Source: a virus (lineage: Duplodnaviria > Caudoviricetes). From it: a stretch of 64,000 bases of DNA. The stretch covers positions 96,001 to 160,000 of the IMG/VR virus record IMGVR_UViG_3300009185_000001, one strand, 5' to 3'. The position numbers and the translations under genes were made by a program. This document shows positions 17,465 to 27,673 of the stretch, piece by piece (position 1 is the stretch's first letter; each line of letters starts with the position of its first letter). The notes beneath the pieces are model-generated. The model saw nothing but the letters and a program-made list of their open reading frames with translations, did not search any database and was not told the DNA's origin.

Positions 17465-19450
17465 TTAAACGATTCTTCCTACAGCAAATAAATTGTTAGA
17501 ATCTTTATAAACAAATGCTCCTCCATAACGAGTCGTGATTGTTGTTCCAGCAGAATTAAGCTGAGCAGCTGATAGAACTAAATTATTTGTTCCAATATTC
17601 ATAATTGCTGCATTGAAGCCGTTGCTTAGGGAACTCGGAAATACTGCACACAAAGAGGTTGTTGTTGTATTAATGTGAATTACTTTGTTGCTATCAGCAT
17701 CAGTAAAGATCCTGTTCGTTGAATCATTAATGACACTGACTTTGATGTTACTTGCCGAAGCAGAAATAATACCAGTAGCAGAAAGATTATTTACATAAGT
17801 AAAATTTGGTTGTGATGCTGTTATATTAGAACCTAATATAAAGGTATTGGATTGACCATTAGTATTATTACTAATACCGCCTAAAATTGAAGAATAATCT
17901 CCAGAAGCAGTATTAGAACCTCCACCAGAAACGTTCGAAGCACTTCCAGAAGCATTATTAGCCCTGCCACCAGCAACGTTTGAATAACATCCAGAAGCAG
18001 TACTATTCACACCACCACCTACTGTTGAATAATAATTAGAAGCAGTATTACAATAACCACCACTTACTGTTGAATGATATCCAGAAGATCTATTAATACG
18101 ACCGCCGCTTACTGTTGAATGAGATCTAGAAGCAGTATTACCATAACCACCACTTACTGTTGAAGAATTTTCAGAAGCAGTGTTACATCTACCACCACCT
18201 ACAAATGAATAATCACCAGTTGTTCTGCTAGAAAAACCGCCTACTATAGTTGAACGATATCCAGAAGCAGTATTTTCTTTACCACCACCTACTATTGATA
18301 CGTTTCCAGAAGCAGTGTTACATCTACCACCACCTACAAATGAATAATCACCAGTTGTTCTGCTAGAAAAACCGCCTACTATAGTTGAATAATTTCCACA
18401 AGCAGTATTACAAAAACCGCCAGCAACATTCGAATAACATCCAGAAGCAGTATTATTTCCATATATAGGGTTTATAGAAGTTGTTGGATGTATTAAAGTA
18501 TAAGCCTGACTAGAATAAACAGAATTCCATTGATTTGAATTACCATTTGAATCGTAAATTGTATTATTAGCACTTAATGTATCTGTATTGATAACACTAA
18601 AATAATCAATCGCATTTAAATTTATTCCTGTAAAAATTGAATTTGCTTTATCGTAAACAAGATTTAAAATGCTATAATAACCTGATAAGCTAACTCGCTC
18701 GACACTGTTTGCTGCTGAATTTAACACAAAACTATTTGCCAGCGTAATATTAGTTCCTGCACTTGATGTTACTGCGTTCGATGCTGGACTTGCTGCAAAA
18801 ATAGCACAACCATCAAACTGTAAACTCCCGAAAGTTACACTTGGAGCAATAACCTGATAAGAGTCTTTAATCAAAACACTTGCAGCCGCATTTGATACTG
18901 TTACTCCCCAACATTTATTTCCCACAATTGAAACGATTCCTGCCCCTGTTATTTGAACTCCAGATATACACTGTAATTCACTGTTGATGATTTCAACATA
19001 GTTTGTACCGGACTTAATAACTTGCGTATCTACAGTGCAGTTTGAGATATATGCATTCCCCGAACCAGCAATGGTCAGGCTAGTCATTTTTAAACCAGCT
19101 ACGCGAGCAGCGGCAGATAATGCCAGTGTTCCGTAAACAATTGTAGTTGCACCTGTTATCCCGAATGTTGTAATTGTGGTGTTATTTGATGTAACAGTAG
19201 GATTTTCAGTATATCCACCCGGATGAACAATTATTGTATTTTTTCCAGCCCCAACCAATTTCAATGCCTTGGTAATTGATGAAACAGGATTTACCAAAGT
19301 GCCGTCTCCAGTTGTATCGTTGCCATCCTTGCTAACATGAATTTCTAAGTTATATGCAGAATAATTACCAACTGTTCTGCCAGTGCCGCCACCAGCTACG
19401 GTTCGAACTCCGTTTGTTTCTACTATTGTTTGATTAAATTTTGTATTCAT
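17465..19450 (-). CDS. Tail fibre/adhesin: beta-helix domain plus NTASGxxSxVxGG repeats
   Basis: VSKDGNDTTGDGTLVNP beta-helix start; about 14 15-aa repeats. Confidence 0.7.
   Translation of the reverse strand: MNTKFNQTIVETNGVRTVAGGGTGRTVGNYSAYNLEIHVSKDGNDTTGDGTLVNPVSSITKALKLVGAGKNTIIVHPGGYTENPTVTSNNTTITTFGITGATTIVYGTLALSAAARVAGLKMTSLTIAGSGNAYISNCTVDTQVIKSGTNYVEIINSELQCISGVQITGAGIVSIVGNKCWGVTVSNAAASVLIKDSYQVIAPSVTFGSLQFDGCAIFAASPASNAVTSSAGTNITLANSFVLNSAANSVERVSLSGYYSILNLVYDKANSIFTGINLNAIDYFSVINTDTLSANNTIYDSNGNSNQWNSVYSSQAYTLIHPTTSINPIYGNNTASGCYSNVAGGFCNTACGNYSTIVGGFSSRTTGDYSFVGGGRCNTASGNVSIVGGGKENTASGYRSTIVGGFSSRTTGDYSFVGGGRCNTASENSSTVSGGYGNTASRSHSTVSGGRINRSSGYHSTVSGGYCNTASNYYSTVGGGVNSTASGCYSNVAGGRANNASGSASNVSGGGSNTASGDYSSILGGISNNTNGQSNTFILGSNITASQPNFTYVNNLSATGIISASASNIKVSVINDSTNRIFTDADSNKVIHINTTTTSLCAVFPSSLSNGFNAAIMNIGTNNLVLSAAQLNSAGTTITTRYGGAFVYKDSNNLFAVGRIV
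18172..18389. repeat. Exact 83-bp direct repeat, copies 18172-18254 and 18307-18389 (135-bp period)
   Basis: Both copies compared base by base and identical. Confidence 0.9.
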
Positions 19451-19454
19451 ATTT

Positions 19455-22328
19455 TTATATAGCCTGTGCGTTTACTACGTCATTATTTCCGTCAATGGAT
19501 AGGCGAATAATTCCTGATCCTGATGGAGCGTTATATACATCAGAAGTTAATCTACAATAAAATAATTTACCGGACAATGTGCCAGTATCACCACCTCCAA
19601 AACTCCCCGCTCCACCAGTGCATCTAGTAAATGTTCCAGATGCATTAGAAAAATAAGAGCCGAAGCTTCCATCTCCACCAGTACAATCAACAAATTCTCC
19701 AGAAGCAATTCCTACAGATGATCCAAAAGATAAATTTCCACCTTTGCAATTTATATATGTACCGCTCGCATCTCCTCCGTCAGTAGTGCCACCAGCTCCA
19801 GTATCACCGCCTGAAAAACTATAATCTCCACCAATACAGTTTGTAAATTTGCCGCTCGAATCGTTAAATCCACCAAAACTTCCATCACCCCCAATACAGT
19901 CTGTAAATGTACCAGATCGAGGTGCCGCAAAACTTCCATCACCTCCAACGCATCCTGTAAATATTCCAGATGCAATCCCTCCAAAACTATTATCTCCAGC
20001 AAAGCAATCTCTAAATGTCCCGATCGCTGTTCCTCCATTGCTGGCAAATGATGAATTTCCCGCAGTGCAATTTGTAAATGTTGCAGGTCCAACAGTTACT
20101 GTTCCAGCGTTAGCTGATCCAAAGCTATTATCTCCAGCAGTGCAGTTTTCAAATGTACTGTTACCAATAATATTAATATTTGATGGATATTCAGGATCGC
20201 TTGTGATAGTTCTTCCAAAACATTCTGATCCTCCCGTACAATTTTTAAATGTAGCATTGTTAATTGTCACGTCACTTTGTTCAGAAAATGAATGTCCAAA
20301 ACTGTTATTTCCAGCAATGCAGTTTTCTAAGTTACCCGAAATAGCAATTCCCTCCCCGCCGTACCCAAAACTATTATCGCCAGCTTTACAATTTTTATAC
20401 ATTCCAGTTAGAGTAACTAAGTTACTATCAGACCATCCAAAGGAATTAGCTTCAGCTGTGCAATTTATATAAGATACACCATTCCCATTAAATGACGTAT
20501 CTCCAGCAGAACAATCCTTATATGTTCCAGTGCCATTGAATGATTCATTACCAGCAGAACAGTTTGTATAAGATGATCCATTTCCTTGAAATGATTCATT
20601 TCCAGAAGAACAATCTATATATACTCCATCTCCATTAAATGAATTTCCTCCAGCAGAACAATTATTATATGTTCCATTTCCGTTAAACGCGGTTTGAATA
20701 GCATAACAATTTGTATACACTCCGTTACCACCAAAATCATTAGCATTTGTTGCAGTTGTGCAGTTCTCAAAAATCTGTGAAGCTGATATGCCAGAAACTT
20801 TAAATCCCTCTCCATCTCCACCTAATACACCAATTCCAACAACTTTAACGTCACTTGCAGAAACGTCAATTCCATAAACATTAAACTCTGAAGTGGGAAT
20901 TAAAACAAGCGGATGCTTGTCTGTTGATCCTAATCCAATAACATCAACACAACTAGTACTGATATTAAGCGTTTCAGATAATGTATATGCGCCGGGGAAT
21001 ATAATAAGACTTGCTCGATTTGTTACTGACCTAGCAGAGCCATTAGGGGTCAATGTTACTGCGGCAGCATACTTCGCAACAAGATCATCTCCGGATTTTG
21101 CTATAATAACCGAATCAGTAGAAGTTTGCAAATAATAAGCAGAATTAGCATTAAATGAAGTATAAGCAGAATTCCATTGATTTGAATTTCCAACAGAATC
21201 GTAAATTGTATTGTTAGAACTTAATGATCCATATATAGAAACATTATTTTCAGTTACTTCTAGCGTCAAATTTCCATAACCTGCGTTCAATCCCGATAGA
21301 ACATTAACCTCACCTATTATTGTTCCACCACTTAAAGGAAGATAATTAGAATTTACATAATTTATAGAAGCATTACTAGCAGAATTTGATAAAACTGAAT
21401 TATAAACAGAATTCCAATTAGAACTATTTCCACTTAAGGCATAAATAATTCCAGTTGCACTGATTTCTCCAGTAACTGTTAATTCCTTATTCGGAAAACT
21501 TTGATTTATACCAACTTTTCCGGTTTGACCAAAATTTGCATTACCAACGTGTAAAACTTCTATACCATCTCCATCAACAAATGAAGCAACATCATACGGA
21601 CCAGATGCTTGATATACATATAAAGCAGGACCAACACCTAAATTAACAACACTTAATGCGCTAGTGGTTGTAAAAACAGTATCTGCAAATGTCGCACCTC
21701 CAGCAGCACTCAAAGAACCTTGAATTACAATATTATTAGTAGCAAATAAATTATTTACATATGTAGTATCCTGTGCATTTGCTGTGATATTAGAACCTAA
21801 TATAAAAGTATTGGATTTATTGTTAGTATTGTTATTTTTTCCACCTAAAACAGAAGAATAATCTCCAGAAGCTGTATTAGATTTACCACCTGCTACATTT
21901 GAAACATATCCAGAAGCAATATTACATTTACCACCAGCTACATTTGAACCATATGAAGATGCGATATTATTACAACCACCAGCTACATTTGAAAAATATG
22001 TAGAAGCACTATTACCATAACCACCCGCTACATTTGAGTAGTAACTAGAAGCAGTATTACTAGAACCGCCAGAAACGTTTGATTTGTGTCCAGAAGCAGT
22101 ATTACCACAACCACCATTTATATTTGAATAACTTCCCGAAGCAGTATTATTTCCTAATTTTGGAATAATAGCAGTATTATTTGCATCAGAAAATTTATAG
22201 GGGGAAGGATCTACTAATGCAGAAAGAGGAGATTGGTACGTAACACCTCCTATATTTGTTATTATAACAGCACTTGTTGGTAAACTTGAAGTGTTTAATG
22301 GTAATTGACTAATTTTCTTTGAAGCCAT
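19455..22328 (-). CDS. Tail fibre/spike with NTASG repeats and a long Cys-ladder beta-solenoid
   Basis: About 19 repeats of (F/Y)x(N/D)CxxG..SF; GINQSFPNKELTVTG fibre motif; late promoter at 22342-22347. Confidence 0.7.
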   Translation of the reverse strand: MASKKISQLPLNTSSLPTSAVIITNIGGVTYQSPLSALVDPSPYKFSDANNTAIIPKLGNNTASGSYSNINGGCGNTASGHKSNVSGGSSNTASSYYSNVAGGYGNSASTYFSNVAGGCNNIASSYGSNVAGGKCNIASGYVSNVAGGKSNTASGDYSSVLGGKNNNTNNKSNTFILGSNITANAQDTTYVNNLFATNNIVIQGSLSAAGGATFADTVFTTTSALSVVNLGVGPALYVYQASGPYDVASFVDGDGIEVLHVGNANFGQTGKVGINQSFPNKELTVTGEISATGIIYALSGNSSNWNSVYNSVLSNSASNASINYVNSNYLPLSGGTIIGEVNVLSGLNAGYGNLTLEVTENNVSIYGSLSSNNTIYDSVGNSNQWNSAYTSFNANSAYYLQTSTDSVIIAKSGDDLVAKYAAAVTLTPNGSARSVTNRASLIIFPGAYTLSETLNISTSCVDVIGLGSTDKHPLVLIPTSEFNVYGIDVSASDVKVVGIGVLGGDGEGFKVSGISASQIFENCTTATNANDFGGNGVYTNCYAIQTAFNGNGTYNNCSAGGNSFNGDGVYIDCSSGNESFQGNGSSYTNCSAGNESFNGTGTYKDCSAGDTSFNGNGVSYINCTAEANSFGWSDSNLVTLTGMYKNCKAGDNSFGYGGEGIAISGNLENCIAGNNSFGHSFSEQSDVTINNATFKNCTGGSECFGRTITSDPEYPSNINIIGNSTFENCTAGDNSFGSANAGTVTVGPATFTNCTAGNSSFASNGGTAIGTFRDCFAGDNSFGGIASGIFTGCVGGDGSFAAPRSGTFTDCIGGDGSFGGFNDSSGKFTNCIGGDYSFSGGDTGAGGTTDGGDASGTYINCKGGNLSFGSSVGIASGEFVDCTGGDGSFGSYFSNASGTFTRCTGGAGSFGGGDTGTLSGKLFYCRLTSDVYNAPSGSGIIRLSIDGNNDVVNAQAI

Positions 22329-22341
22329 ATATTAATATCTA

Positions 22342-22367
22342 TATTTACCTCAAGGTTAGGGTAAATA
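22342..22367. promoter_or_regulatory. Divergent late promoters (TATTTACC ... GGTAAATA)
   Basis: 8-bp inverted repeat carrying GTAAATA on each strand between divergent ORFs. Confidence 0.55.
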
Positions 22368-22375
22368 ATATTTAA

Positions 22376-22720
22376 ATGAGCAAATTTTTAAAATTATTAA
22401 ATTCCGTATTAAACGAACAAGAAAATCTCGACATGCCTCCTCAAGAAGGTAGCGACATTACTCCAACAAGCATGGATTCTGAAGTTCCATCTGCTCTTCC
22501 AGAAGAAGATGAGGTTGCTTTGGATACTATAAAATATAAAACTTTATTAAAAGCATTAAAAAAAGCTTTATATAACTCATATCCAAATAATTTAGAAAAA
22601 CAAACACAAATATCTAAAATTAAAGTAGATAGTGATGATTTAAAGAGACTTCAATCGGCAGAAAATTCTTTAATGTCTTTATTGGATGATGAAGATTTTA
22701 TTCCTTCTACTGAAGAATAA
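22376..22720 (+). CDS. Acidic late hypothetical protein
   Basis: TAAATA 8 nt upstream; MSKFLKLLNSVLNEQE. Confidence 0.65.
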   Translation: MSKFLKLLNSVLNEQENLDMPPQEGSDITPTSMDSEVPSALPEEDEVALDTIKYKTLLKALKKALYNSYPNNLEKQTQISKIKVDSDDLKRLQSAENSLMSLLDDEDFIPSTEE

Positions 22721-22749
22721 TTTGATTTTTTTCATTTCTTTGTTAGTAT
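22721..22749 (+). promoter_or_regulatory. Sigma70-type promoter with extended -10
   Basis: TTTGAT/TTGATT, 17/16 nt spacer, TGt-TAGTAT, 6 nt before ATG 22756. Confidence 0.45.
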
Positions 22750-22755
22750 TAAGAA

Positions 22756-23028
22756 ATGGAAGCATATTCGATTGAAAATTTAACAAAGGAGCAATATAAA
22801 CTAATATTAGAGTCTGTATTGTTTTCCGGATCAACGTCAGTAAATGCACGTTGGTATATCGATAATGCTAGCGATTTAGTTGATATTGGACTCTTTTTGA
22901 GAAAAAAGCATCCAAATGTTTTGACAGAAAATATATTTTTACTTAATGATAAAGAATATCATGATGAATTTTCTGAAAAAATTATTGACTTTTTCCCCGA
23001 AATAGTAGAAAATATATCTGATTTATGA
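22756..23028 (+). CDS. Hypothetical protein
   Basis: ORF with promoter; overlaps next gene. Confidence 0.55.
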   Translation: MEAYSIENLTKEQYKLILESVLFSGSTSVNARWYIDNASDLVDIGLFLRKKHPNVLTENIFLLNDKEYHDEFSEKIIDFFPEIVENISDL

Positions 23029-23663
23029 AAATATGTGCTAGCGGAACTCACTGCCAAGGAAAGTCAACTTATGTTAAGGATTTTTTAAAAAAATGGCCTT
23101 CATATAAGACTCCAGAAAAAACATACAGGGATTTTATTAAAGATAAAAACTTACCTCATTCAAAAAATGGAACTGAGGAAAGCCAAAAAGCAATTTTAGA
23201 TGCTTTGTTAGATGAATCCCAACAATACACCAGAAATGATAATGTTATTTTTGATCGTTGTATTGTAGATAACCTAGCATATTCTTCTTGGCTCTTTCTG
23301 AATAATAAGGTTTCTGAGAAATTTTTGGATCAATGTAGAATTACTATCAGAGAGGCATTGAAAACTTTTGATATTATATTTTTCTTTCCGATTACGAAAT
23401 TTTCTCCCGTAGAATTTGAGCAGGATGAGTTGAGAGAAGATGATTTAATTTATAGAGAAGAAATTGATAATATTTTTAAAACTTTTGTAAAATCATATCA
23501 TCAGCAAGATGGTAGAGTATTTCCTACTGATGATAGTCCTCCAATTATTGAAATTTTTGGAAATCCGGAAGAAAGAATAAAACTAACCGAAATGTACATC
23601 AATCCAGAAGGAAAAGCATTCGGAGAAGATCAGAGTTTGATTTCTGATATTTGGACACCCTAA
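23025..23663 (+). CDS. P-loop kinase (AAA_28/dNMP-kinase-like)
   Basis: GTHCQGKST Walker A; FDRCIVDNLAY. Confidence 0.75.
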   Translation: MKICASGTHCQGKSTYVKDFLKKWPSYKTPEKTYRDFIKDKNLPHSKNGTEESQKAILDALLDESQQYTRNDNVIFDRCIVDNLAYSSWLFLNNKVSEKFLDQCRITIREALKTFDIIFFFPITKFSPVEFEQDELREDDLIYREEIDNIFKTFVKSYHQQDGRVFPTDDSPPIIEIFGNPEERIKLTEMYINPEGKAFGEDQSLISDIWTP

Positions 23664-23679
23664 AGATAAATAATATTAT

Positions 23680-24519
23680 ATGAGATTTAATGTTTTAGCC
23701 GAAAGTATTATCAATGACATGGTATCAGAAGGTCGCATGTCAAAAGTTTCAAAATATTCTAGTATTGGTGTAGATGCAGGAAAAATGTTAGAAAAATTCA
23801 AAGCAGGAGATTTTGATATTATATTTAAGAGTTGGGTTGGTAGTCCGCGATATGCAGGACTTACAGAAGAAGAAATTCGTAATATCGTCAGTGGTGTTGT
23901 TTCTAATATCGCAGAAACTAATCCATCTTCTTTTGATGAATTGAGTGATTCGATTATGAATGTAGTCGATAAGGCATATCAAGACAAGGGGCCGAGAAGG
24001 AAAACATACAACGAAAGATTGACTAAGGCTATTAGAAATTTAATTTTTCATAAAGAATATGATTTGATTAAAACCGGAGAATCAAATTCCATCGACACTT
24101 CTTCGGATTCTGAAGATATGTCCGATGAAGAAAAACCAACATTTGATATCGAAGGGTTGACACAGATTGAATCCGCTGTTTATGAGTTCATAAAACAAGC
24201 AGATAATCCCACATCTATTTCAGAATTATCAGAAACTTTTAATGATCCAGAAAGCATAACAGCTTCTTTACTACAAAAAGGTTTAATAAAAAAGGAAGGT
24301 AATGCTTTTGTTGCTTCTGAAGATTCTGATATGACTAATATATTAGACATTGATGACGATTTTGAAGAAAATCCATTAGAAACCGATTCTGATGTTGCTT
24401 CTACCTTTAAAGATACTTTTGGTAGACAAGGAAGTGAAGAGTATGGAGATGCTGGAAACATTCCTTCATGGAGAAGGAGCGGTAGATCAGATTATGGTAA
24501 TGAAAATTTTGATTATTGA
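23680..24519 (+). CDS. Acidic late hypothetical protein, possible small winged-helix region
   Basis: TAAATA at 23667-23672; MRFNVLAESIINDM; acidic low-complexity tracts. Confidence 0.6.
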   Translation: MRFNVLAESIINDMVSEGRMSKVSKYSSIGVDAGKMLEKFKAGDFDIIFKSWVGSPRYAGLTEEEIRNIVSGVVSNIAETNPSSFDELSDSIMNVVDKAYQDKGPRRKTYNERLTKAIRNLIFHKEYDLIKTGESNSIDTSSDSEDMSDEEKPTFDIEGLTQIESAVYEFIKQADNPTSISELSETFNDPESITASLLQKGLIKKEGNAFVASEDSDMTNILDIDDDFEENPLETDSDVASTFKDTFGRQGSEEYGDAGNIPSWRRSGRSDYGNENFDY

Positions 24520-24544
24520 CAAATAATCAAAATTATGATAGCGT
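24516..24544 (+). promoter_or_regulatory. Sigma70-type promoter for primase
   Basis: TTGACA-17 nt-(TGa)TAGCGT, 6 nt before GTG 24551. Confidence 0.6.
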
Positions 24545-24550
24545 ATTTAT

Positions 24551-25501
24551 GTGAATAAAATACCTAGCAATTATGTTTTAGAAAAATTCTATACATATTC
24601 TGGAAGTCCTTCGTATAATAAATTTACTAAAACCTATAATGCTTCCTGTCCTGTTTGTAGAGAAGGCAAGTCTTGGTTGAAGAAAAAACGATTGTTTCTT
24701 TATCCAGAATCTGATAGTTTTTACTGCTTTAATTGTGTTAAATCATGGAATATATATACTTGGTTGTATCAAGTGTCGGGAATGACAAAGGAAGAGATAC
24801 ATCAAGAAGCATTTTCAAATGATTTTTCGCGTGAAATTGTTTTAGAAAATAATAAAAATGAATTTATTAAAAAAGTAACACCACTTCCGCACGATTCTAT
24901 AAATTTAAATGATCTTCAGCAAAAAATATTCTATGGAAATGATAAGAGTTTTAAAAATGCTTTAGATTATATTGAAAAAAGGAAATTAAACACGGCAGTA
25001 AACAAGAGTTCTTCTTATTTCATAAGTTTAACAGATAATTTTCACAAAAACCGACTATGTATACCATATTATGATATTGATAAAAAGATAGTATTTTATC
25101 AGACAAGAGCATTGGATGGATCAGAGCCTAGATATTTGAATAAAGTTGGATGTGATAAATCGCTTTTTGGTATAGAAAGAGTAGATTCTGATATTGAATA
25201 TCTGTTCTTGTTTGAAGGTGCTATAGATGCAATGATGGTTAAAAATGGATTGGCAGTTGCAGGATTAACCCTAACAGAATATCAGAAAAAACAATTAAGC
25301 AATTTCCCATTTCATAAAAAAATATGGGTTTTAGACAATATAAAAATAGATAAAGCAGCTAAAGATAGTACTCAAAGATTATTACTAGAAGGACAAACCG
25401 TTTTTAGATGGCCTGATGTACCCTATAAAGATTTTAATGAATGGGCTGTAAAAGAAAACTTAAATGAAATAGATTATAATATTATTTTAGAAAATATTTA
25501 A
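24551..25501 (+). CDS. gp61: DNA primase (T4 gp61-like)
   Basis: Zn site CPVC..CFNC; RLCIP; FQ/YQTRAL; TOPRIM FEGAIDA and VLDN; KDFNE. Confidence 0.88.
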   Translation: MNKIPSNYVLEKFYTYSGSPSYNKFTKTYNASCPVCREGKSWLKKKRLFLYPESDSFYCFNCVKSWNIYTWLYQVSGMTKEEIHQEAFSNDFSREIVLENNKNEFIKKVTPLPHDSINLNDLQQKIFYGNDKSFKNALDYIEKRKLNTAVNKSSSYFISLTDNFHKNRLCIPYYDIDKKIVFYQTRALDGSEPRYLNKVGCDKSLFGIERVDSDIEYLFLFEGAIDAMMVKNGLAVAGLTLTEYQKKQLSNFPFHKKIWVLDNIKIDKAAKDSTQRLLLEGQTVFRWPDVPYKDFNEWAVKENLNEIDYNIILENI

Positions 25502-26152
25502 TCATAATTGTTCTTGATCTCTCAAGCGTTTTGGAGCCATAATAACAAAAGAGTTTAAAACTTCTTTTAGTTTTTCAATTTCACCTGCAATACGAGTAAT
25601 GCTGTCAGAAGCTTTACGTGTTATGCCTCTTAATAAGCTACCTGCTTTATCGTTGTCTGCTAAAACTTTGTGCAAAGATTCAGTAGAAGGATCATTTAAG
25701 AATTCTGCAAATTGATCTAATTTTCCAGACCATTCTTTAATTTGTTTAATGCTTTCAGTTGAAATATTAGGATCTAAACCTTCAACATCGAAATCTTCTG
25801 GATTTGTTTCTGAATCAAAAGATTTTTCATAATCTTGTTTTGTTTTTTCTGGTGTAAAATCATTAGGAGATTTTTGTTCCATGCCAACCAAAGAATCTTC
25901 TTCGGAAGAAGCATCTTCTGGAGTTTTTGCATCTGCTTCTTCTTGTTCTTTCAATAAATTTGAATAAAAACTGCGAATGAAAGGAAAATCAGATTCTGTC
26001 AATGTTTTGTCTTTTTTAAAAATATTTTCGATGGAGTCTTTCATAAATTTTGATGCATTTCCCTTCAATACTGTATCAACGTCCTTTTTTCTTTTCTTAT
26101 CAACACAAGGAACAGTTGATATGGCATTTTTTTTCTTCTTGATTTTATACAT
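25502..26152 (-). CDS. Acidic late hypothetical protein
   Basis: TATAAATA at 26168-26175 on the minus strand; LLKEQEE. Confidence 0.6.
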   Translation of the reverse strand: MYKIKKKKNAISTVPCVDKKRKKDVDTVLKGNASKFMKDSIENIFKKDKTLTESDFPFIRSFYSNLLKEQEEADAKTPEDASSEEDSLVGMEQKSPNDFTPEKTKQDYEKSFDSETNPEDFDVEGLDPNISTESIKQIKEWSGKLDQFAEFLNDPSTESLHKVLADNDKAGSLLRGITRKASDSITRIAGEIEKLKEVLNSFVIMAPKRLRDQEQL

Positions 26153-26167
26153 ACTTGTGGGATAATA

Positions 26168-26180
26168 TATTTATATTTAC
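26168..26180 (-). promoter_or_regulatory. Tandem late promoter GTAAATATAAATA
   Basis: Same 13-mer recurs at 52700-52712. Confidence 0.55.
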
Positions 26181-26208
26181 TCCGTGAATGTTAAATTTAT
26201 ATAAAAAT

Positions 26209-26880
26209 ATGAATACTGATTATAAAATAATTGTTGCAACTCCACATAAAAAAGAAGAATTTAGAGATAAAGCGGGGATTGCGCTTACCCTAGATAAATT
26301 AAATGTTTTTAATGCTTCTTCTATAATTTATGAAAACAAACAAGGACTAACTAAAGTTTATAATTCTTTTATAAATGAGGAGAATAGAGGAAAAAAATTA
26401 ATTTTTGTACATGATGATGTTATAATTGAAGATCTTTTTTTTGAGGAAAAACTTAAATTAGCATTTGAAAAATATGATATTGTTGGTTTGGCTGGCACAA
26501 AACAATGCAATTTAGATTCTGATATGATGGCATGGCATTTGATGTCACCTAGAGAGTCATTTGTTGGTGAGGTAGGGCATAGTAAGGATAAAAATTACTG
26601 GACAAGTGGATTCGGTCCAAGTCCATCAAGAGCATTAATAATCGATGGGTTGTTTATTGCGGTAAATGTTGATAAATTATTGGAAACAAACACTAGATTT
26701 GATGAAGATTTTGATTTTCATCACTATGACATATCTTTTTGCTTGATTGCTAATAGAAACAAGTTAAAAATAGGTGTATATCCGATCAAAGTTACTCATT
26801 TTGGTCTTGGAGACAGTATGAACTCTCCTGAATGGTTGAAAAGCTCTATAACATTTAAACAAAAATATTTAAAATGGTAA
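26209..26880 (+). CDS. Glycosyltransferase-like protein (GT2-related)
   Basis: KVYN..IFVHDDV..GLAG..IIDGLFIA..FDEDFDFHHYDISFCL; start placed at second Met. Confidence 0.7.
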   Translation: MNTDYKIIVATPHKKEEFRDKAGIALTLDKLNVFNASSIIYENKQGLTKVYNSFINEENRGKKLIFVHDDVIIEDLFFEEKLKLAFEKYDIVGLAGTKQCNLDSDMMAWHLMSPRESFVGEVGHSKDKNYWTSGFGPSPSRALIIDGLFIAVNVDKLLETNTRFDEDFDFHHYDISFCLIANRNKLKIGVYPIKVTHFGLGDSMNSPEWLKSSITFKQKYLKW

Positions 26881-27272
26881 AAAAACCTTATAATGATGAT
26901 TTATTCATCCACATGGATTGGATTTTAAAGAAAAAGGGCAGCGAACCGCAATGCGAAAACAATATACCATATCCATTTATTTTAAACCGATGGTTATCGA
27001 TGGTGGACTCATCTATTTCTCAGATTATCAATGCAACCACGAATAAATGGATTACTGCACAGGGAATTTGCTCTGACAAAAAAACTTTAGGCAGATTTTA
27101 TAGAAAAGTTATGCCAAAAACCTTTAAGAAGTATTCATACATAAAAAAACCTTCTAAAAATGAATATAATAGTGATGATTATGAGAATTTAGCAATCGTT
27201 AAAGAAATTTCTGTAAGAGAAATAAAAATGTATGAAAAAACACTTGCAGAATTAAAGGAGCAACTTAAATAG
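26874..27272 (+). CDS. gp62: Clamp loader small subunit
   Basis: YPFILNRWLSM..IINA..N..FYRK..YSYIKK pattern resembles gp62. Confidence 0.6.
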   Translation: MVKKPYNDDLFIHMDWILKKKGSEPQCENNIPYPFILNRWLSMVDSSISQIINATTNKWITAQGICSDKKTLGRFYRKVMPKTFKKYSYIKKPSKNEYNSDDYENLAIVKEISVREIKMYEKTLAELKEQLK

Positions 27273-27279
27273 ATATATT

Positions 27280-27663
27280 ATGATGCAAAGACCCGAACAA
27301 GAAGATAGAATTGGTGGATTAGTACAAATTGATAACTACAAAGGTAGTCATTTTGAACTTGATGGTTGGCAATTGTCTAAAGTTTTAGATGATATTTTAA
27401 TGGTTCAGTATGCAGATATCAACGAAGAAGGTGATTTGGTAAAAAGAGGAAGCATGTGGGTTCCTATTAATGCCGTTAATCACGTCTGGAGAGTTGGAAG
27501 GATTTTATTGGCTGGACCAAATTGTAAGACTGTTACTGAAGGAGATCATATAGTTTTTCCAAATGATAGAGGAATTCAAGTTTCCAATTTAAACGGACTT
27601 AAACATATTGTCTTCTTGAACGAGGCCAGAATATTTGGAATCTGTACTCCAAAGGCTTCTTAA
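27280..27663 (+). CDS. GroES/Cpn10-like co-chaperonin
   Basis: DDILMVQ..RGSMWVP..GRILLAGP..VTEGDHIVF..IVFLNEARIFG. Confidence 0.75.
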   Translation: MMQRPEQEDRIGGLVQIDNYKGSHFELDGWQLSKVLDDILMVQYADINEEGDLVKRGSMWVPINAVNHVWRVGRILLAGPNCKTVTEGDHIVFPNDRGIQVSNLNGLKHIVFLNEARIFGICTPKAS

Positions 27664-27673
27664 ATAAAGAACA

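Noticed and set aside
18172-18389. Possible diversity-generating retroelement template/variable repeat pair
   Set aside because: Copies are identical and in-frame within one gene, with no adenine-specific mismatches and no reverse transcriptase in the window
17880-18470. Regularly spaced CAGAAGCAGT repeats resembling a CRISPR array
   Set aside because: They encode 15-aa protein repeats in an open frame; no unique spacers or cas genes
19751-21135. Alternative-frame and antisense ORFs within the Cys-ladder fibre
   Set aside because: Produced by repeat periodicity; fully nested in a well-supported CDS
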